Source of the DNA: Mustelus asterias
Taxonomy: Eukaryota
Reading direction: 5' to 3'
DNA length: 64,000 nucleotides
Assembly (NCBI RefSeq): GCF_964213995.1
Contig: NC_135808.1
Coordinates: 69,192,001 to 69,256,000 of the forward strand
The notes below the pieces were generated by a model. That model was not told the DNA's origin, did not search any database, and saw only the letters and a list, made by a program, of their open reading frames with translations. The position numbers and the translations under genes were made by a program. Each line of letters opens with the position of its first letter. The first letter of the stretch is position 1. Positions 48,925-61,769 of the stretch are shown piece after piece.

Positions 48925-50960
48925 CAAGTATGCTTCATTGTTGATAGACATTTCTGGGAGGTGGATGAAAGGGATTTGGCGAATTCAGTAGCATTTGAGG
49001 CTGGTGATTCAGATGTCAGGACATGATATTCGAGGATGAATTCGCTAACTTTGACCATTGTGTGAGGTAATTAAACTCCTTCCTGCACCTCATCCAGATC
49101 CTGAGGGCTACATTGCTTACATTGACCTTAATAGGTAACCGCTCCCACTGCCTTCTCAGTGTTTGTCTGAAGCGATGGAGTTTGTCTGAAACAGTCCACA
49201 GCTATCTTTTCCACCAAAGCCTCCAGTGCTACACCAGAGAAATCCGGAACATGCTTTCTGCCCTTTGGCACCACATACACTTTTCCTGCAGGTCAGGACC
49301 TCCTACACAGCCACTTTTAGCCCCTCCTGCTGCCAGGATGTATCTCAGCTTAAAGAGGTGGAAGCTGGCCCTAAGTAGTGCATGCTAGCTTTAAAAGATG
49401 CTGGCCTTGCATGACCTTGGGTCCCCTTGCTGAGGCATGCAGCCGCTTGAACATGTCTAGTGCTGGGCTACGCTTCTATCATTTAAATGAGTAGGTAGAA
49501 TGAAATTTTGCATGCTTCCTGCTTTGAAAGGCATGAACACGAGCTAATCACATGTCACAATCCACGCTTTGGAAAGCTATTGACATTTGCCTCCGAAAAG
49601 TGGTAACAAGGACTATTAAGATAATTAAATTTGGACTTTTTTTTGTTGTAAATGTAAGAAAACATTTTAAAAAGTTAAAGCTTGAATCTGATCTGAACTA
49701 ACCGTAACAGGGAAAAATAATGCTCCTAATTATATTTAAGAGATATTTATTCAATGAAGACACAAATTATGCAGTTAGGTATATTTATTTTTGTAATAGT
49801 GTAGTCTAAGTAGAATACATTTATTTCTTTATCTTCGCACATTATTTGCATAAGATTTTAACCATGAGCCAGGACAGAACGGCAGTCACTAAACATGTCA
49901 GTGCTGCAGTGGGAGCAGAGACAGAGGTCATGAGGTGCCTGCTTGCTGCTACCCAGACTCACACTGTTGCTTATGTGGCTGCAGAACTCAGTGCTCAAAG
50001 AGGCTTGAGGGTCTCACAGCAAGCCAGAATCTGCACGTAAACAGGTTAGGATTGCTGAGGAGTGTCAGTGACTCCCTGGAACTTGCAACGCCCCTACCTG
50101 CCTGGCAGCCTCTGAGGCCTGGTCTTTGCTCCCTGTGAGGAGGCAACAACTCCCCCAGCCAAATCCAGCCATTCACCACAATATATCCAGCAACACTCTG
50201 CAGCACTTCCACAACCTTTTCGGTAGCAGCAGTTACTCGAGATCGCCTCACCTGGAAGTTAGATGGTTGGTCCTTTACATGGGGCCAGCACAAGGTCCCT
50301 GCTGCAACTGATTGTATGTTCAGGTTTGAGTGACAAGTCAAGACATTGAAGGGATTGCGTGGTCTGAGTTTGGAAGAAGTTTGATATCACAGGTTGGCCA
50401 ATTGGGAAGGTTCGAGTGCCTATATAGCTTGTGAATGCCCTTCCCAGAATGGGGTGCTTTGGTGGAAAAGCTACCCATCTCACTTGATGGGCCACCTGTT
50501 TCCATGGCGACGGCTCAAGTGACATTGTTGAGCCAAATGTTTTGGCCCTGAGTTCCTAGGACGCCTGAGGCAATCAATAAACATTTATTCATTTTCCTGA
50601 AGTAATTCAAACTTCTTTCTAAATTCTTTCAATGGTCAACTTTGTTCCTCTCCCATCCCCAATAATTTAACCTCCAATTCACTACAAGCAGCACAAAGGA
50701 AGATGCGCATCATGTAAGTGTAAATCTTGCGGAGCAGAATAAGTTACAAAACCATTTCTGAAACAAATTTTACTTTCTGGTGCTCTGATGCCTGAGCTGA
50801 TGTTGGATCTACAATATGGTGAATTATTCACTGGTAGGTTAACTCAATTCAATTAAAAATATAGCAGTTATTACCTTGAACATAAACTGGTCTGTTAGAT
50901 CACCTACAGTTAAACCGTGCATAAAGTGCTAATTATTGTGGCTGAATTTCAAGTTACTTA

Positions 50961-51250
50961 AGAAGGCTGTGGATGCTAGGATATTTGGAGTTATCAAGAC
51001 TTAAAAATCTATTTATATTCAGTGAAAGTATCAAGGAATATGGAGAAAAGATGGAGTTTAGATGCAATGATCATTGTTGGAACTGTTAATATATGCCTAT
51101 TTTCTCAGTTGTTAAATGTTCTGTGTACATTCCCTGCCTTACAATCACTTGGGCAATGGTTTCTTCACTGCCTGGCTGCCTAACCCAAGTAGAAAACAAT
51201 CCTGATCTAATTAAATGGTGGGGCAGGTCGACTCCTATCCCTATGTTTCC
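50961..51250 (+). mobile_element. Old CR1 3' end, split by an inverted-duplication insert
   Basis: aaggctgtggatgct...tatcaaggaatatggag continues at 51201 as cctgatctaattaaatggtggggcagg...ctcctatccctatgtttc. Confidence 0.55.
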
Positions 51251-51262
51251 ACCCTCCTATGC

Positions 51263-51630
51263 ATAGAACCACAGAATCCCTACAGTGCAGACGGCAGCCA
51301 ATGGGCCCTTTGGGTCTGCACCGAATCTCTTAAAGAGCATCTTATCCAGGCCCACCCTTCCACATCCCATATCCCTATAACCCATGCATTTACTATGGCT
51401 AATCCATCAAACCTCTACACGTTTTTTGACACTAAGGGGCAGTTAGCATGGCCAATCCACCTAAACTGAACATCTTTGGACAGTGGGAAGAAACTGGAGC
51501 ACCCGGAGCAAGCCCACACAGACACGGGGGCAATGTGCAAACTCCACACAGTCACCGAAGGCTGGATTTGAACCTGGGTCCCTGGCAATGTGAGGCAGCA
51601 ATGCTAACCACTGTGCCACCATGTCACCCC
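51263..51630 (-). mobile_element. HE1-type V-SINE
   Basis: Full HE1 structure. Confidence 0.88.
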
Positions 51631-54099
51631 TTCCTAGTTACTATAGTTTTCTACTTGGGTTTGGCAGCAAGGCAGTGAAAAAAATCATCCCATACATTGC
51701 CCGAGTAACTGTAAGACAGGGAATGCTGTAACAATTGAGACAATAAATGTTCCAACAATGATCATTACATAGTAAGCAGGGACAGACCCCCTGGTCATTC
51801 GTCTTTTTTTCTCCAGCTCAAGATTGGACAAGTTGACTGTAATGTCTCCATCAGACTAAGATTAACCACCTTGTCATAGTCCAGGGATTTAACTGGGACA
51901 TTCATGATCTACATGGTTCTGTCCTGCTGCATTTAACCATTGGCCATTGGAGAGAGTTCCAGTCTTGTGTGATACATTTTCTGTCGATAGCTTGTTGATT
52001 GGGGCACATTTGAACATGGCACCTGCTCTTTATGCAAGTGGAGTGCATTTGTCTTAAAGCAAGCTGAAAACTAAACTAGTGCCATATGAAGTTCAATGAC
52101 ATGCGCACAACATAGAAGGAGCCCATTTGACCCATGTTGCCTGTGCCAGGTCATGAGAGAGAAGTCATACCGAACATTTTCTTAATGGAAGATGGGAATT
52201 GGGAACTGTATTTGGGGAGAGGAGAAACTAGAAAGTAGGTGTCCTTTGTTTAAAAAATGCATTCTTGTATTGTTTAGCAGTTGTCATTAATGTTTGTGAT
52301 GCTTTGCAATTGTTTTGCCTGATGCTATAGTAAAGGTGACCATTGTTGGCATTTGTGTGCATTGTATACATCTTGTGCAACAAGGGGATGAATCCAAATT
52401 CCTGGCTACATAGGAACTGAGGACTAGAAAAAAATGCGCTGCAATCGATCTAGCAAAGCCCTGATTGTTTGAGATGGTGTATATTTGAGTCTATAGTAGC
52501 TTGGTGTCAGCTCTTTTACTCATACCCATAAATTTGAACTTACAACTGAGTGTACTGGAAGCTTGAATTATTTAAACACAAAAATGAGTCCAATATCTAA
52601 TGTCCAGTTACAGCGAATGTTCTTTTCTTTTTGAAAACCACCTCTAATGGCACAAAATCAATATGGTATCAACTCTTTTATTTTTGCTACTAACATTGAT
52701 ATATAGCAAGATAAGCTCTTGAGGAATGCACTGCGGTATTATAAAGGATGCTTGGTAGCACAGTCAGTTTGAGGGCTCTCTTTTCATAGTTAGAAGCCGG
52801 TGTTCTGTTCAAACAGTCTCGTTGTTGGACTGAATGTTTTATTTCTTTCAACTGTTAGAGGAATCAAACTGTATTATGCTGAGGCCATCTCAATCCAATT
52901 CTTAATTTCCAATCCTAGCTAATGAATTACTTAAGGATATCTGTGTAGACTGAAATTGTGTTTTATGATGAGTCCTGTTTGCAATCGCAGAAAGGTATCC
53001 TATAATCGGAATATCATCTTGAAACTCAACAAAATGCAAAAGGTAATGCCTCAAAATTTAATTAATTTTATTTTGAAAAAAAATGAAATTAGTAAAATAA
53101 AAAAACACTCTTAGATTAAAGTGAAATGTGCCTTCTTAGACTTAGTTACAGAAGGCTTTTTGAATGATTTGCCAGGTAACAATGGATATATGTTTCTCCA
53201 GAACACTCACATGAACAGCAGCAATTATGTGAGAACATTGGAAGCATATTGCATTGACAGCCACTGATAATAGAAAAGTGTTTGTACCGTTATATTTGGG
53301 ATTTCTCATATGATCAGATTTACAGCGACAATTTCATTAAATTGCATGTTCCGTTATTTATGTGCCAAGAGATACATTTGAATAAAATGTCTCAATTTGA
53401 TCAAATTTCTATACATTTTAAGTTATAGTACTGCCATATAAAACAACAACTTGCATTTATATAGTACCTATTTGTGTGATCTCTGTGGAAACCATTAACT
53501 TTTAAATTCTCAGATATTAACTGAAAAATCAGGCTACAAGTTTTCTTATTTCAAACAAAAACTTTCACAATCGAAAAGTTAAACAAAGTAAGTGCTAACA
53601 CAATATTTCATAAATACTTAGTTTTATTTCCACCTAAAAGTTCCCCTATACTTCCAGGTTTCTTTACTTCTAATGAGACCAAACCAAAGTGTGCCACAGC
53701 TCTTCGGAATGCACTTTGATTTTCCTCATTCTTCCTGTTAATTCTCTAAGGTATGAGCATTCTTGGGGTCCTTCCGCTAGCATCCACTAGGTGATCCTCC
53801 ATCTCTCCTTAAGCAGCTCTTGCTTGTGGACATCACAGCTCAAGCATGGGCCTCATTACTTCCTTTCTTAGTGCCTCCAAAATCAGAAAACACCCATTGG
53901 CTTCTGACAATCATTTTGCTACTAGTCTACAGCTCTGAGCACATTTCTCTCAATCCATGTTATTATTTTAGATCCGTTTACTAGCCTCTCACCAGCTGTT
54001 TCCATTATCTTACATTTTAAAATGTCAGTCTCCACTAAAATTTGTACTCCTAAACTTATGGATCATGAAATTTCAGATGTTGGCAACACAATAGTAAAA

Positions 54100-54540
54100 T
54101 GTCCAAAGATGTTTAACAGGAACATTATCAAGCAGCATTTCATACTAAATCACATAAGCGAATAGGAATCATGATCAAAGGTTTTGTCAAAGAAGCATTT
54201 TTAAAGGAGCATCTGACAGGAGGATAGGATCTTTGGGGGAGGGAGGGTGGCGGGAAAGAGAGGTGCAGATACCAAACTTTAGAGCTTAGACAGCTGAAGG
54301 CACTGCCACAGTGATAGCATGAAACAAAAATCAAGAGGCCAGAATTGGAGCAGTGTGAGGTTTGAAGGGCAGAGGAGGTAACCGACATAGGGAGAGGAAA
54401 ATCCATGGAGGAATTTGAAATCTGGAATGAAAATTTTAAAATCAGCTATGGCTGGGTATGGATCCAATGTAGTATAAGAGTGGTGGGTTAGTGGGACTTG
54501 GTGCGTGTTAGTATATGGGCAGAAGAGTTTCAGATGTGCT
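54100..54540 (-). mobile_element. Old L2 3' fragment
   Basis: Reverse-complement similarity to 30585-31077 (aagaggccagaattggag; ttttaaaat). Confidence 0.6.
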
Positions 54541-54544
54541 CATA

Positions 54545-55764
54545 GAACAACAAAGAGCAAAGAAAATTACAGCACAGGAACAGGCCCTTCAGCCCTCCAA
54601 GCCTGCACTGACCATGCTGCCCGACTTAACTAAAACCCGCTACCCTTCCAGGGACCATATTCTCTATTCCCATCCTATTCATGTACTTGTGAAGAAACCC
54701 CTTAAAAGTCACTATCGTATCTGTTTCCATTACCTCCCCCAGCAATGAGTTCCAGGCACCCACCACTCTCTGTGTAAAAAATCTGCCTCATACATCTCCT
54801 TTAAACCTTGCCCCTCGCACCTTAAACCTGTGCCCCCTAGTAATTGACTCTTCCACCCTGGGAAAAAGCTTCTGACTATCCACTCTGTCCATGCCTCTCA
54901 TAATCTTGTAGACTTCTATCAGGTCTCCCCTCAACCTACGTCGCTCCAGTGAGAACAAACCACGTTTCTCCAACCTCTCCTCATAGCTAATGCCCTCCAT
55001 ACCAGGCAACATCCTGGTAAATATTTTCTGTACCCTCTCCAAAGCCTCCACATCCTTCTGGTGGTGTGGCAACCAGAATTGAACACGATATTCCAAGTGC
55101 AGCCTAACTAAGGTTCTATAAAGCTGCAACATGACTTGCCAATTTTTAAACTCAATACCCCGGCCGATGAAGGCAAGCATGCCGTATGCCTTCTTGACTA
55201 CCTTCTCCACCTGCATTGCCACTTTCAGTGACCTGTGTACCTGTACACCCAGATCCCTTTGCCTATCAATACTCTTAAGGGTTCTGCCATTTACTGTATA
55301 TTTCCTGTCTGTATTAGACCTTCCAAAATGCATTACCTCACATTTGTCCAGATTAAACTCCATCTGCCATCTCTCCACCCAAGTCTCCAACTGATCTATA
55401 TCCTGCTGTGTCCTCTGATGGTCCTCATCGCTATCCGCAAATCCATCAACCTTTGTGTCTTCTGCAAACTTACTAATCAGTCCAGTTACATTTTCCTCCA
55501 AATCATTTATATATATTACAAACAGCAAAAGTCCCAGCACTGATCCCTGAGGAACACCACTTGTCACAGCCCTCCATTCAGAAACGCACCCTTCCACTGC
55601 TACCCTCTATCTTTTTTGACCGAGCCAGTTTTGTATCCACCTTGCCAGCTCACCTCTGATCCCATGCGACTTCACCTTCTGCACCAGTCTGCCATGAGGG
55701 ACCTTGTCAAAGGCCTTACTGAAGTCCATGTAGACAACACCCACTGCCCTACCCTCATCAATCA
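54545..55764 (-). mobile_element. Young CR1 LINE 3' 1.2 kb
   Basis: RT C-terminal ORF 54788-55597 (GVPQGSVLG, KFAEDTK, RLHLEY..QFW.P, RLRGDLIEVYKI) plus the 3' UTR. Confidence 0.93.
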
Positions 55765-56105
55765 ATTTAAGGTGAACTCAATAAGGTGAGACTGAGAGAG
55801 CATTGGAATAGGCAAGTCTATTGGTCGCTAAAGGTGCAAACAAAAATAATTCTATATGTGCGCAAATCAATTCAAAGAATTTTCAGTTTAACCATAAAAT
55901 AAGGATTAAGTTATTTCCAACAATATTGCATCAGAACCAACACAACATCACCAGGTCTACCTATAATGCAGAAAGAGTTTTTTTAATGAAACTTTAAAGA
56001 AATGTGCCAATCAATTCTAGTTAATGTCACCCAAAGGGGTTGTTTTTGATGCCATTCTGCAGATTATTTGTGTAAGTTTGTAGTTAATCATAGTCCATTA
56101 AGGAC

Positions 56106-56301
56106 CACTGGCATCTCTTTCCATTAGAGAGAGGCAGTTGGTTATATATAGGCTTGAGGGGCACCACACCACAAGCGTAGGGCAAGTCAATGCGGCACGC
56201 CTCTGTGAACTACCATTCCATGAACAGGTATGGGAATTAAACCTGTGCTGTTGACATCATTTTACATCACACACTAGCCACCAAGCCAACCGAGCTAACC
56301 C
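56106..56301 (-). mobile_element. Old tRNA-derived SINE 5' part
   Basis: Minus strand ggttagctcggttggc...ggtttaattccc has A/B boxes. Confidence 0.5.
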
Positions 56302-57989
56302 TTTCTGCATTCCTAGCATTGGCTAAAATAGTTGAAGCTGGAATTAAATTTCAAGTCTTATGCTTTATTACATTTAGCGCTTACTGCAATTTTAATGCTG
56401 GTTACATTAACAAATGTTGCCAAATGTGGAACACAAGCATTCTGATTTATTGAAATGAATTGAATTCTGCAAGGACAATCTCACAAAATCGCATGTAATT
56501 CATGTGTGCAAATTAACAAATGGCTGCAATAATAAGAATTTTGCGAACCACAACAGAATGGCTTTTTAATGGGACTTGCTACTTTGAAAAAAGCATTTTA
56601 GGTTCACTCATTAGCTCCTGGACTGGTTCAGTGGTTTCACATTGCTTGTTATATATATTCTCTTGATCAGTCAGCTTTAGAATTTCAGCCATATCGCTAT
56701 AATTGTTTAAGGGAGGGAGAAAACTGCTGCACTGCTTTTTCAAATAGCACATGTCTGACAGTTAACCTGTCAAGCTAGGTTCTTAGACGATGATTAAACG
56801 ATTGCTTCTAATCCTTGGCCACGGCATGGGGTAAAAGGAAGGTAATCACCGACTTGAACTTATCATTGCATGGCTACTGTAGGTCAAACAAGATAAGCGC
56901 TTCTCGCACTCATTACTATTAATGATTAGGAGATGGTTGTATAAACTGAAAGAGTGACATTCAATTCTCTCATTTCAGGCTGTCCCTCCAATCTTCTGCC
57001 AAATGCAAATGGGATTTTTTTTTTTTTGGTCGCTATTTTGCCTGCAAGAGTCAACTTCCAGAAGTGTTTCCAGATTCTTGTACCCTCCAACAGTGGACTA
57101 TTTTACTTTTTTTAGCCTCATTCCTTCCCTTACAGTAATTACTTTTTGAACCAAGAGGGATAAGCACGCCACTTGTTAGTTCTGCTGGTGAGTGCTACTC
57201 TGTTGATTGGTGTAGGAAGTGCACATTGCTGCAGGGCAAGATGGATGGTTCATCAGCTCCTCTTGTCAGTTGGGATACTTGCCTAGCAAGCCCGCTGAGC
57301 AACGATGGAATAAATCACACACGTGTAGCTTGAGTGCATGTGTGAGGCAACATGAGCTTTATCCCAAAATCTAAAAAAATGACAAAGAGAAATAAAGCTA
57401 ACAAATAAAAAAATGACGTTGCACTTCTATAGGACTGACAAACTGATTTTTAGCAGCTTTGATGCCTTGCGCCCTTACTGCTATTCTCAACGGTGAGATT
57501 TAAGTGGAGTGATCTCATTAAAATGTAATTATTCAGCACTATGTGTATACACTTTCAACTCAGCTTTATTTTGGATATGCAATCATTGAAAGATTTTTTT
57601 GACAAGGATTTACTTCGAAACATTGGTTAAGGTTTTTTATTTTGCATGCTGTACCAGGTGGCATTGCAGCTGGAACCCACTGCAGCAAGATTAGTTGTCT
57701 CCTGCATTTTTCACTACTGTTAGTTGACAGCACAGAAGCTATTTGGAGAAATCACACTGAGGTAGCAAAAGGCACGTTAATTCTCACTCCATCAATTCTG
57801 CTTCAGCGTGTGGGTGCAAACACCTGCACAAGATGGACAGATGGGTCCACCTGAAAGACAGTCTGCATTGCAGAAATTATCACTCAAACTTCATCTAATC
57901 CAGCTACTGACAATGTACTCACAATATTTAGCTTGAGTTCCACCAGAGCCATTTGGCTCCAGACTTTATAGACCACTGCGACACAATTG

Positions 57990-58543
57990 TCAGTAAGAAG
58001 TCTAACAACACCAGGTTAAAGTCCAGCAGGTTTATTTGGTAGCAAAAGCCACTGGCTTTCAGAACAGGCTGTTCCTTCTTCAGGTGGGTGGGAGTTCTGA
58101 TCATAAACAGGGCACAAAGACACAAACTCAATTTACATGAATAATGATTGGAATGTGAGTCTTTACAGCTAATCAAGTCTTAAAGGTACAGACAATGTGA
58201 GTGGAGGGAGCATTAAGAACAGGTTAAAGAGATGTGTATTGTCTCCAGACAGGACAGCCAGTGAGATTTTGCACATCCAGGCAAGTTGTGGGGGTTACAG
58301 ATAGTGTGACATGAACCCAATATCCCGGTTGAGGCCGACTCACATCCCAATCATTATTCATGTAAATTGAGTTTGTGTCTTTGTGCCCTGTTTGTGATCA
58401 GAACTCCCACCCACCTGACGAAGGAACAGCCTGTTCCGAAAGCTAGTGGCTTTTGCTACCAAATAAACCTGTTGGACTTTAACCTGGTGTTGTTAGACTT
58501 CTTACTGTGTTTACCTCAGTCCAACGCCGGCATCTCCACATCA
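57990..58543. mobile_element. Penelope-like element ends in inverted arrangement (minus 57990-58336, plus 58337-58543)
   Basis: About 180-bp inverted repeat. The minus arm extends to the ORF end (GLNRDIGFMSHYL). Homologous to 38546-38930. Confidence 0.92.
58411..58449 (+). ncRNA. Minimal type I hammerhead ribozyme motif
   Basis: ccac CTGACGA a ggaaca-gcc-tgttcc GAAA gc TA gtgg. Confidence 0.8.
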
Positions 58544-60957
58544 GACCATTATCAAACATGCCTACCGCTCTATCGCCCGCCCACACTTTGGCAAATCAGA
58601 CCACAAGGCTGTGCTCCTGCTCCCAGCTTACAAGCAAAAACTGAAAAGGGAGAATCCGTCAAAGAAAGTCGTGCAATGCTGGTCTGAGGAATCGGATGAT
58701 CTCCTACGGGACTGCTTCGAGTCAGTAGGCTGGCCAATATTTTAAAACTCTGCGACTAGCCTGAACGAGTATGCCACTGATTTCATTAGTAAGTGTGTAG
58801 AAGACTGTGTGCCAAAGAAGCAAATTTGCGTGTTTCCCAACCGGAAACCATGGATGAACAGGGATATCCACTGCTTGCTGAAGTCCAGGTCTGAGGCGTT
58901 CAAATCAGGCAACACTGACCTATACAAGAAAGCCAGATATGATCTAAGGAGGTCCACCAAAGATGCCAAAAGACATTACCGAGCCAGAATCCCAGGCTTG
59001 CCACATGGACCCCCGCCGACTTTGGCAAGGTCTGCAAGACACAACAGGCGACAAGATGAAGGCATGTAAAATTGCCAGCACCAATGTACCTCTCCCCGAT
59101 GAGCTCCGTGCATTCTATTCCCGTTTTGAGCAAGAGGTCAGCGAGAACATGCCCTCCACCCTGGGAGCCTCGGACGAACCTGTATCCGAGGTCACCATTG
59201 CAGACGTCAGAGCAGCCATCTTGAAGGTCAACTCACGGAAAGCGATTGGCTTGGATGGAGTACCCAGACAAGCACTCAGATCCTGCACAGACCAGCTGGC
59301 GGGGGTATTCGCAGACATCTTCAACCTCTCTTTATAACAGTCTGAGGTCCCTATCTGCTTCAAGAAGATGACCATTATCCCGGTATCAAAGAAAAGCCAA
59401 GCAGCGTGCCTTAATGACATTGTCCTTATACACCTTTGACTGTGTGGCCAAATTCCCCTCCAAATCGATTTTCAAGTTTGCTGATGACACCACCATTGTG
59501 GGTCGGATCTCAAACAATGATGAGACGGGGTACAGGAAAGAGATAGAGAATCTGGTGAACTGGTGCGATGACAATAATCTCTCCCTTCATGTCAACAAAA
59601 CGAAGGAGATAGCCATCGACTTCAGGAAGCATAATGGAGGGCATGCCCCTGTCTACATCAATGGGGACAAAGTAGAAATGGTCGAGAGCTTCAGGTTTTT
59701 AGGCGTCCAGATTATCAACAACCTGTCCTGGTGCCTCCATGCGGACGCTATAGTTTAGAAAGCCCACCAACACCTCTACTTTCTTAGCAGACTAAGGAAA
59801 TTTGTCATGTCCGCTACAACTCACCAACTTCTACAGATGCACCATAGAAAGCATTCTTTCTGGTTGTATCACAGCTTGGTATGGCTCCTGCTCTGCCCAA
59901 GACCACAAGAAGCTACAAAGGGTTGTGAATGAAGCCCAGTCTGTCACTCAAACCAGCTTCCCATTGATTGATTCTCTACATTTCCCGCTGCCTCAGAAAA
60001 GCAGACAGTGTAATCAAGGACTCCACGCACCCCGGACACACTCTCTTCCACCTTCTTGGGAAAAAGATACAATAGTCTGAGATCACGTAGCAACCGACTC
60101 AAAAACAGCTTCTTCCCTGCCGCCATCAGACTTTTGAATGGACCTACCTTGCATTAAGTTGATCTTTCTCTACACCCTAGCTATGACTGTAACACTACTT
60201 TCTGCACTCTCTCCTTTCCTTCTCTATATATGGTATGCTTTGTCTGTATATCACGCAAGTAACAATACTTTTCACTGCATGTTAATACATGTGACAATAA
60301 TAAATCAAATCAAAATTAAATTGTCTGGTGGCTCTGAAGTGTTTTGAAAGGTTAGTCATGGCACGAATCAATTCCAGCCTCCCAGATTGCCTGGATCCAC
60401 TACAGTTCACCTATTGCTACAACAGGTCCACAGCAGATGCCATCCCTCTGGCCCCTTCACTCAACCATGGAACATCTAGATAACAAAGACACCAATGTCA
60501 GACTCCTATTTATCGACCACAGCTCAGCCTTCAAACCATTATTCCAACGAAACTCATCTCCAAACCCTGTGACCTGGGGCTCGGTTCCTCCCTCTGTGAC
60601 TGGATCCTGAACTTCCTAACCCACAGACCGCAATCAGTAAGGATAAGCAGCAACATCTCCACGATCATCCTCAACACCCCCACAAGGTTGTGTCTTCAGC
60701 CACTTACTATTCTCCTTATACACCTCTGACTGTGTGGCCAAATTCCCGTCCAACTCGATTTTCAAGTTTGGTAATGACCCCACGATGTGGGTTGGATCTC
60801 AAACTATGATGAGATGGAGTACAGGAAAGAGATAGAGAATCTGGTGAAATGGTGCAACGACAATAATCTCTCCCTCAATGTCAACAAAATGAAGGAGATA
60901 GACATCAACTTCAGGAAGCGTAGTGGAGGATATGCCCCTGTCTACATCAATGGGGAA
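58544..60957 (+). mobile_element. Rex1/Babar LINE (host copy: 58544-59424 and 60320-60957), cut at 60957 by the ERV
   Basis: APE C-terminus PHFGKSDH, then NRKPWMN, KAIGLDGV, VFADIFNLSL. It resumes at 60320 with RT motifs. Confidence 0.88.
59425..60319 (+). mobile_element. Second, 5'-truncated Rex1/Babar copy nested in the first
   Basis: Has its own 3' tail aataaatcaaatcaaa. 6-bp TSD attgtc at 59419-59424 and 60320-60325. Confidence 0.8.
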
Positions 60958-61560
60958 TGTAAGGGGAAGTTTCTCGCTTCCTACCAGCGTAAAAGACAAG
61001 CAGACATGAGTACAGTACAAAAAGGCAACACAAACTTTACTCTCTGTTTAAAATAACAAAAACCGCAGGCCTGGGGAGAGACAGCTGCTCGTCAACTGCT
61101 CTCCTGGCCATTGTGCGCTTTACAATTTATAGGGTTTTGAACTTCGCGCCCAACATATGGTAATAGGCTCATCATTTACTACCAGTTACATGATCAGCGC
61201 CTGCTAATAACACAAAGCAGTGGCACAATAGCAAGATATTAAAAAGCCATCATAGATAGGTGGAATTGATCTGTGGCTGATGATGATGTGAACCCATTTC
61301 TCTGGGCTGATCTCTTTCTGGAGGGTTCCCTTTGTGTTTTGAGCTTTTTGCATAATCTAAACAGTTGAGCTATTGTCGATTTTTCCCCTGCTTGGAGTCT
61401 AAAGTGATAAGGCTGTCTGAAGTGATTAAGGGGTGCCCATGAGTCATTGCATTGCTGTGAGCTGCTGACAATATTTTAAAATAAATTTGATATACACGCG
61501 TAAAAATGTCCATGACATTAAGCATAAAAGTCATCTTAAGCATCAAGGTCACCCCCTTCA
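60958..61560 (-). repeat. ERV 3' LTR (603 bp)
   Basis: Minus strand starts TGAAGGGG directly after PPT AAGAGGAGGGGT (61572-61561) and ends CCCCTTACA. TATAAA at ~61131-61126 and AGTAAA at ~61041-61036. Confidence 0.85.
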
Positions 61561-61769
61561 ACCCCTCCTCTTGCTCCTGGGCGCCGTCCTTGCGCCCCAG
61601 TGAGCACACCATTTTGATTGAATAGTCCGATGATTTCTAAGTTGAGATTCCGGAGTGTTTAAAAGGTGTTCAGTAGTTCATCAAAGAGTCTTTGCTTTTT
61701 CTCAGTTGACAGACCTGGCGTGATCCATGCTTCTCCGAGCTCCAATGATGGGTGTCTCCATGGCGGTCT

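Larger units (their letters stand above)
46100..49594 (-). mobile_element. Decayed PIF/Harbinger-type element with a Myb/SANT-like gene remnant
   Basis: Minus strand ~49270-49055 gives KGRKHVPDFSGVALEALVE / TLRRQWERL..KVN...RIWMRCRKEFNYL (Myb/SANT-like). Imperfect TIRs ggagtgaaattcagt / attgacatttgcctcc. Confidence 0.55.

Noticed and set aside
58058-58092. Minus-strand hammerhead in the left Penelope arm
   Set aside because: The cleavage triplet is mutated (CCA) and stem II is weakened, so it was not listed as intact.
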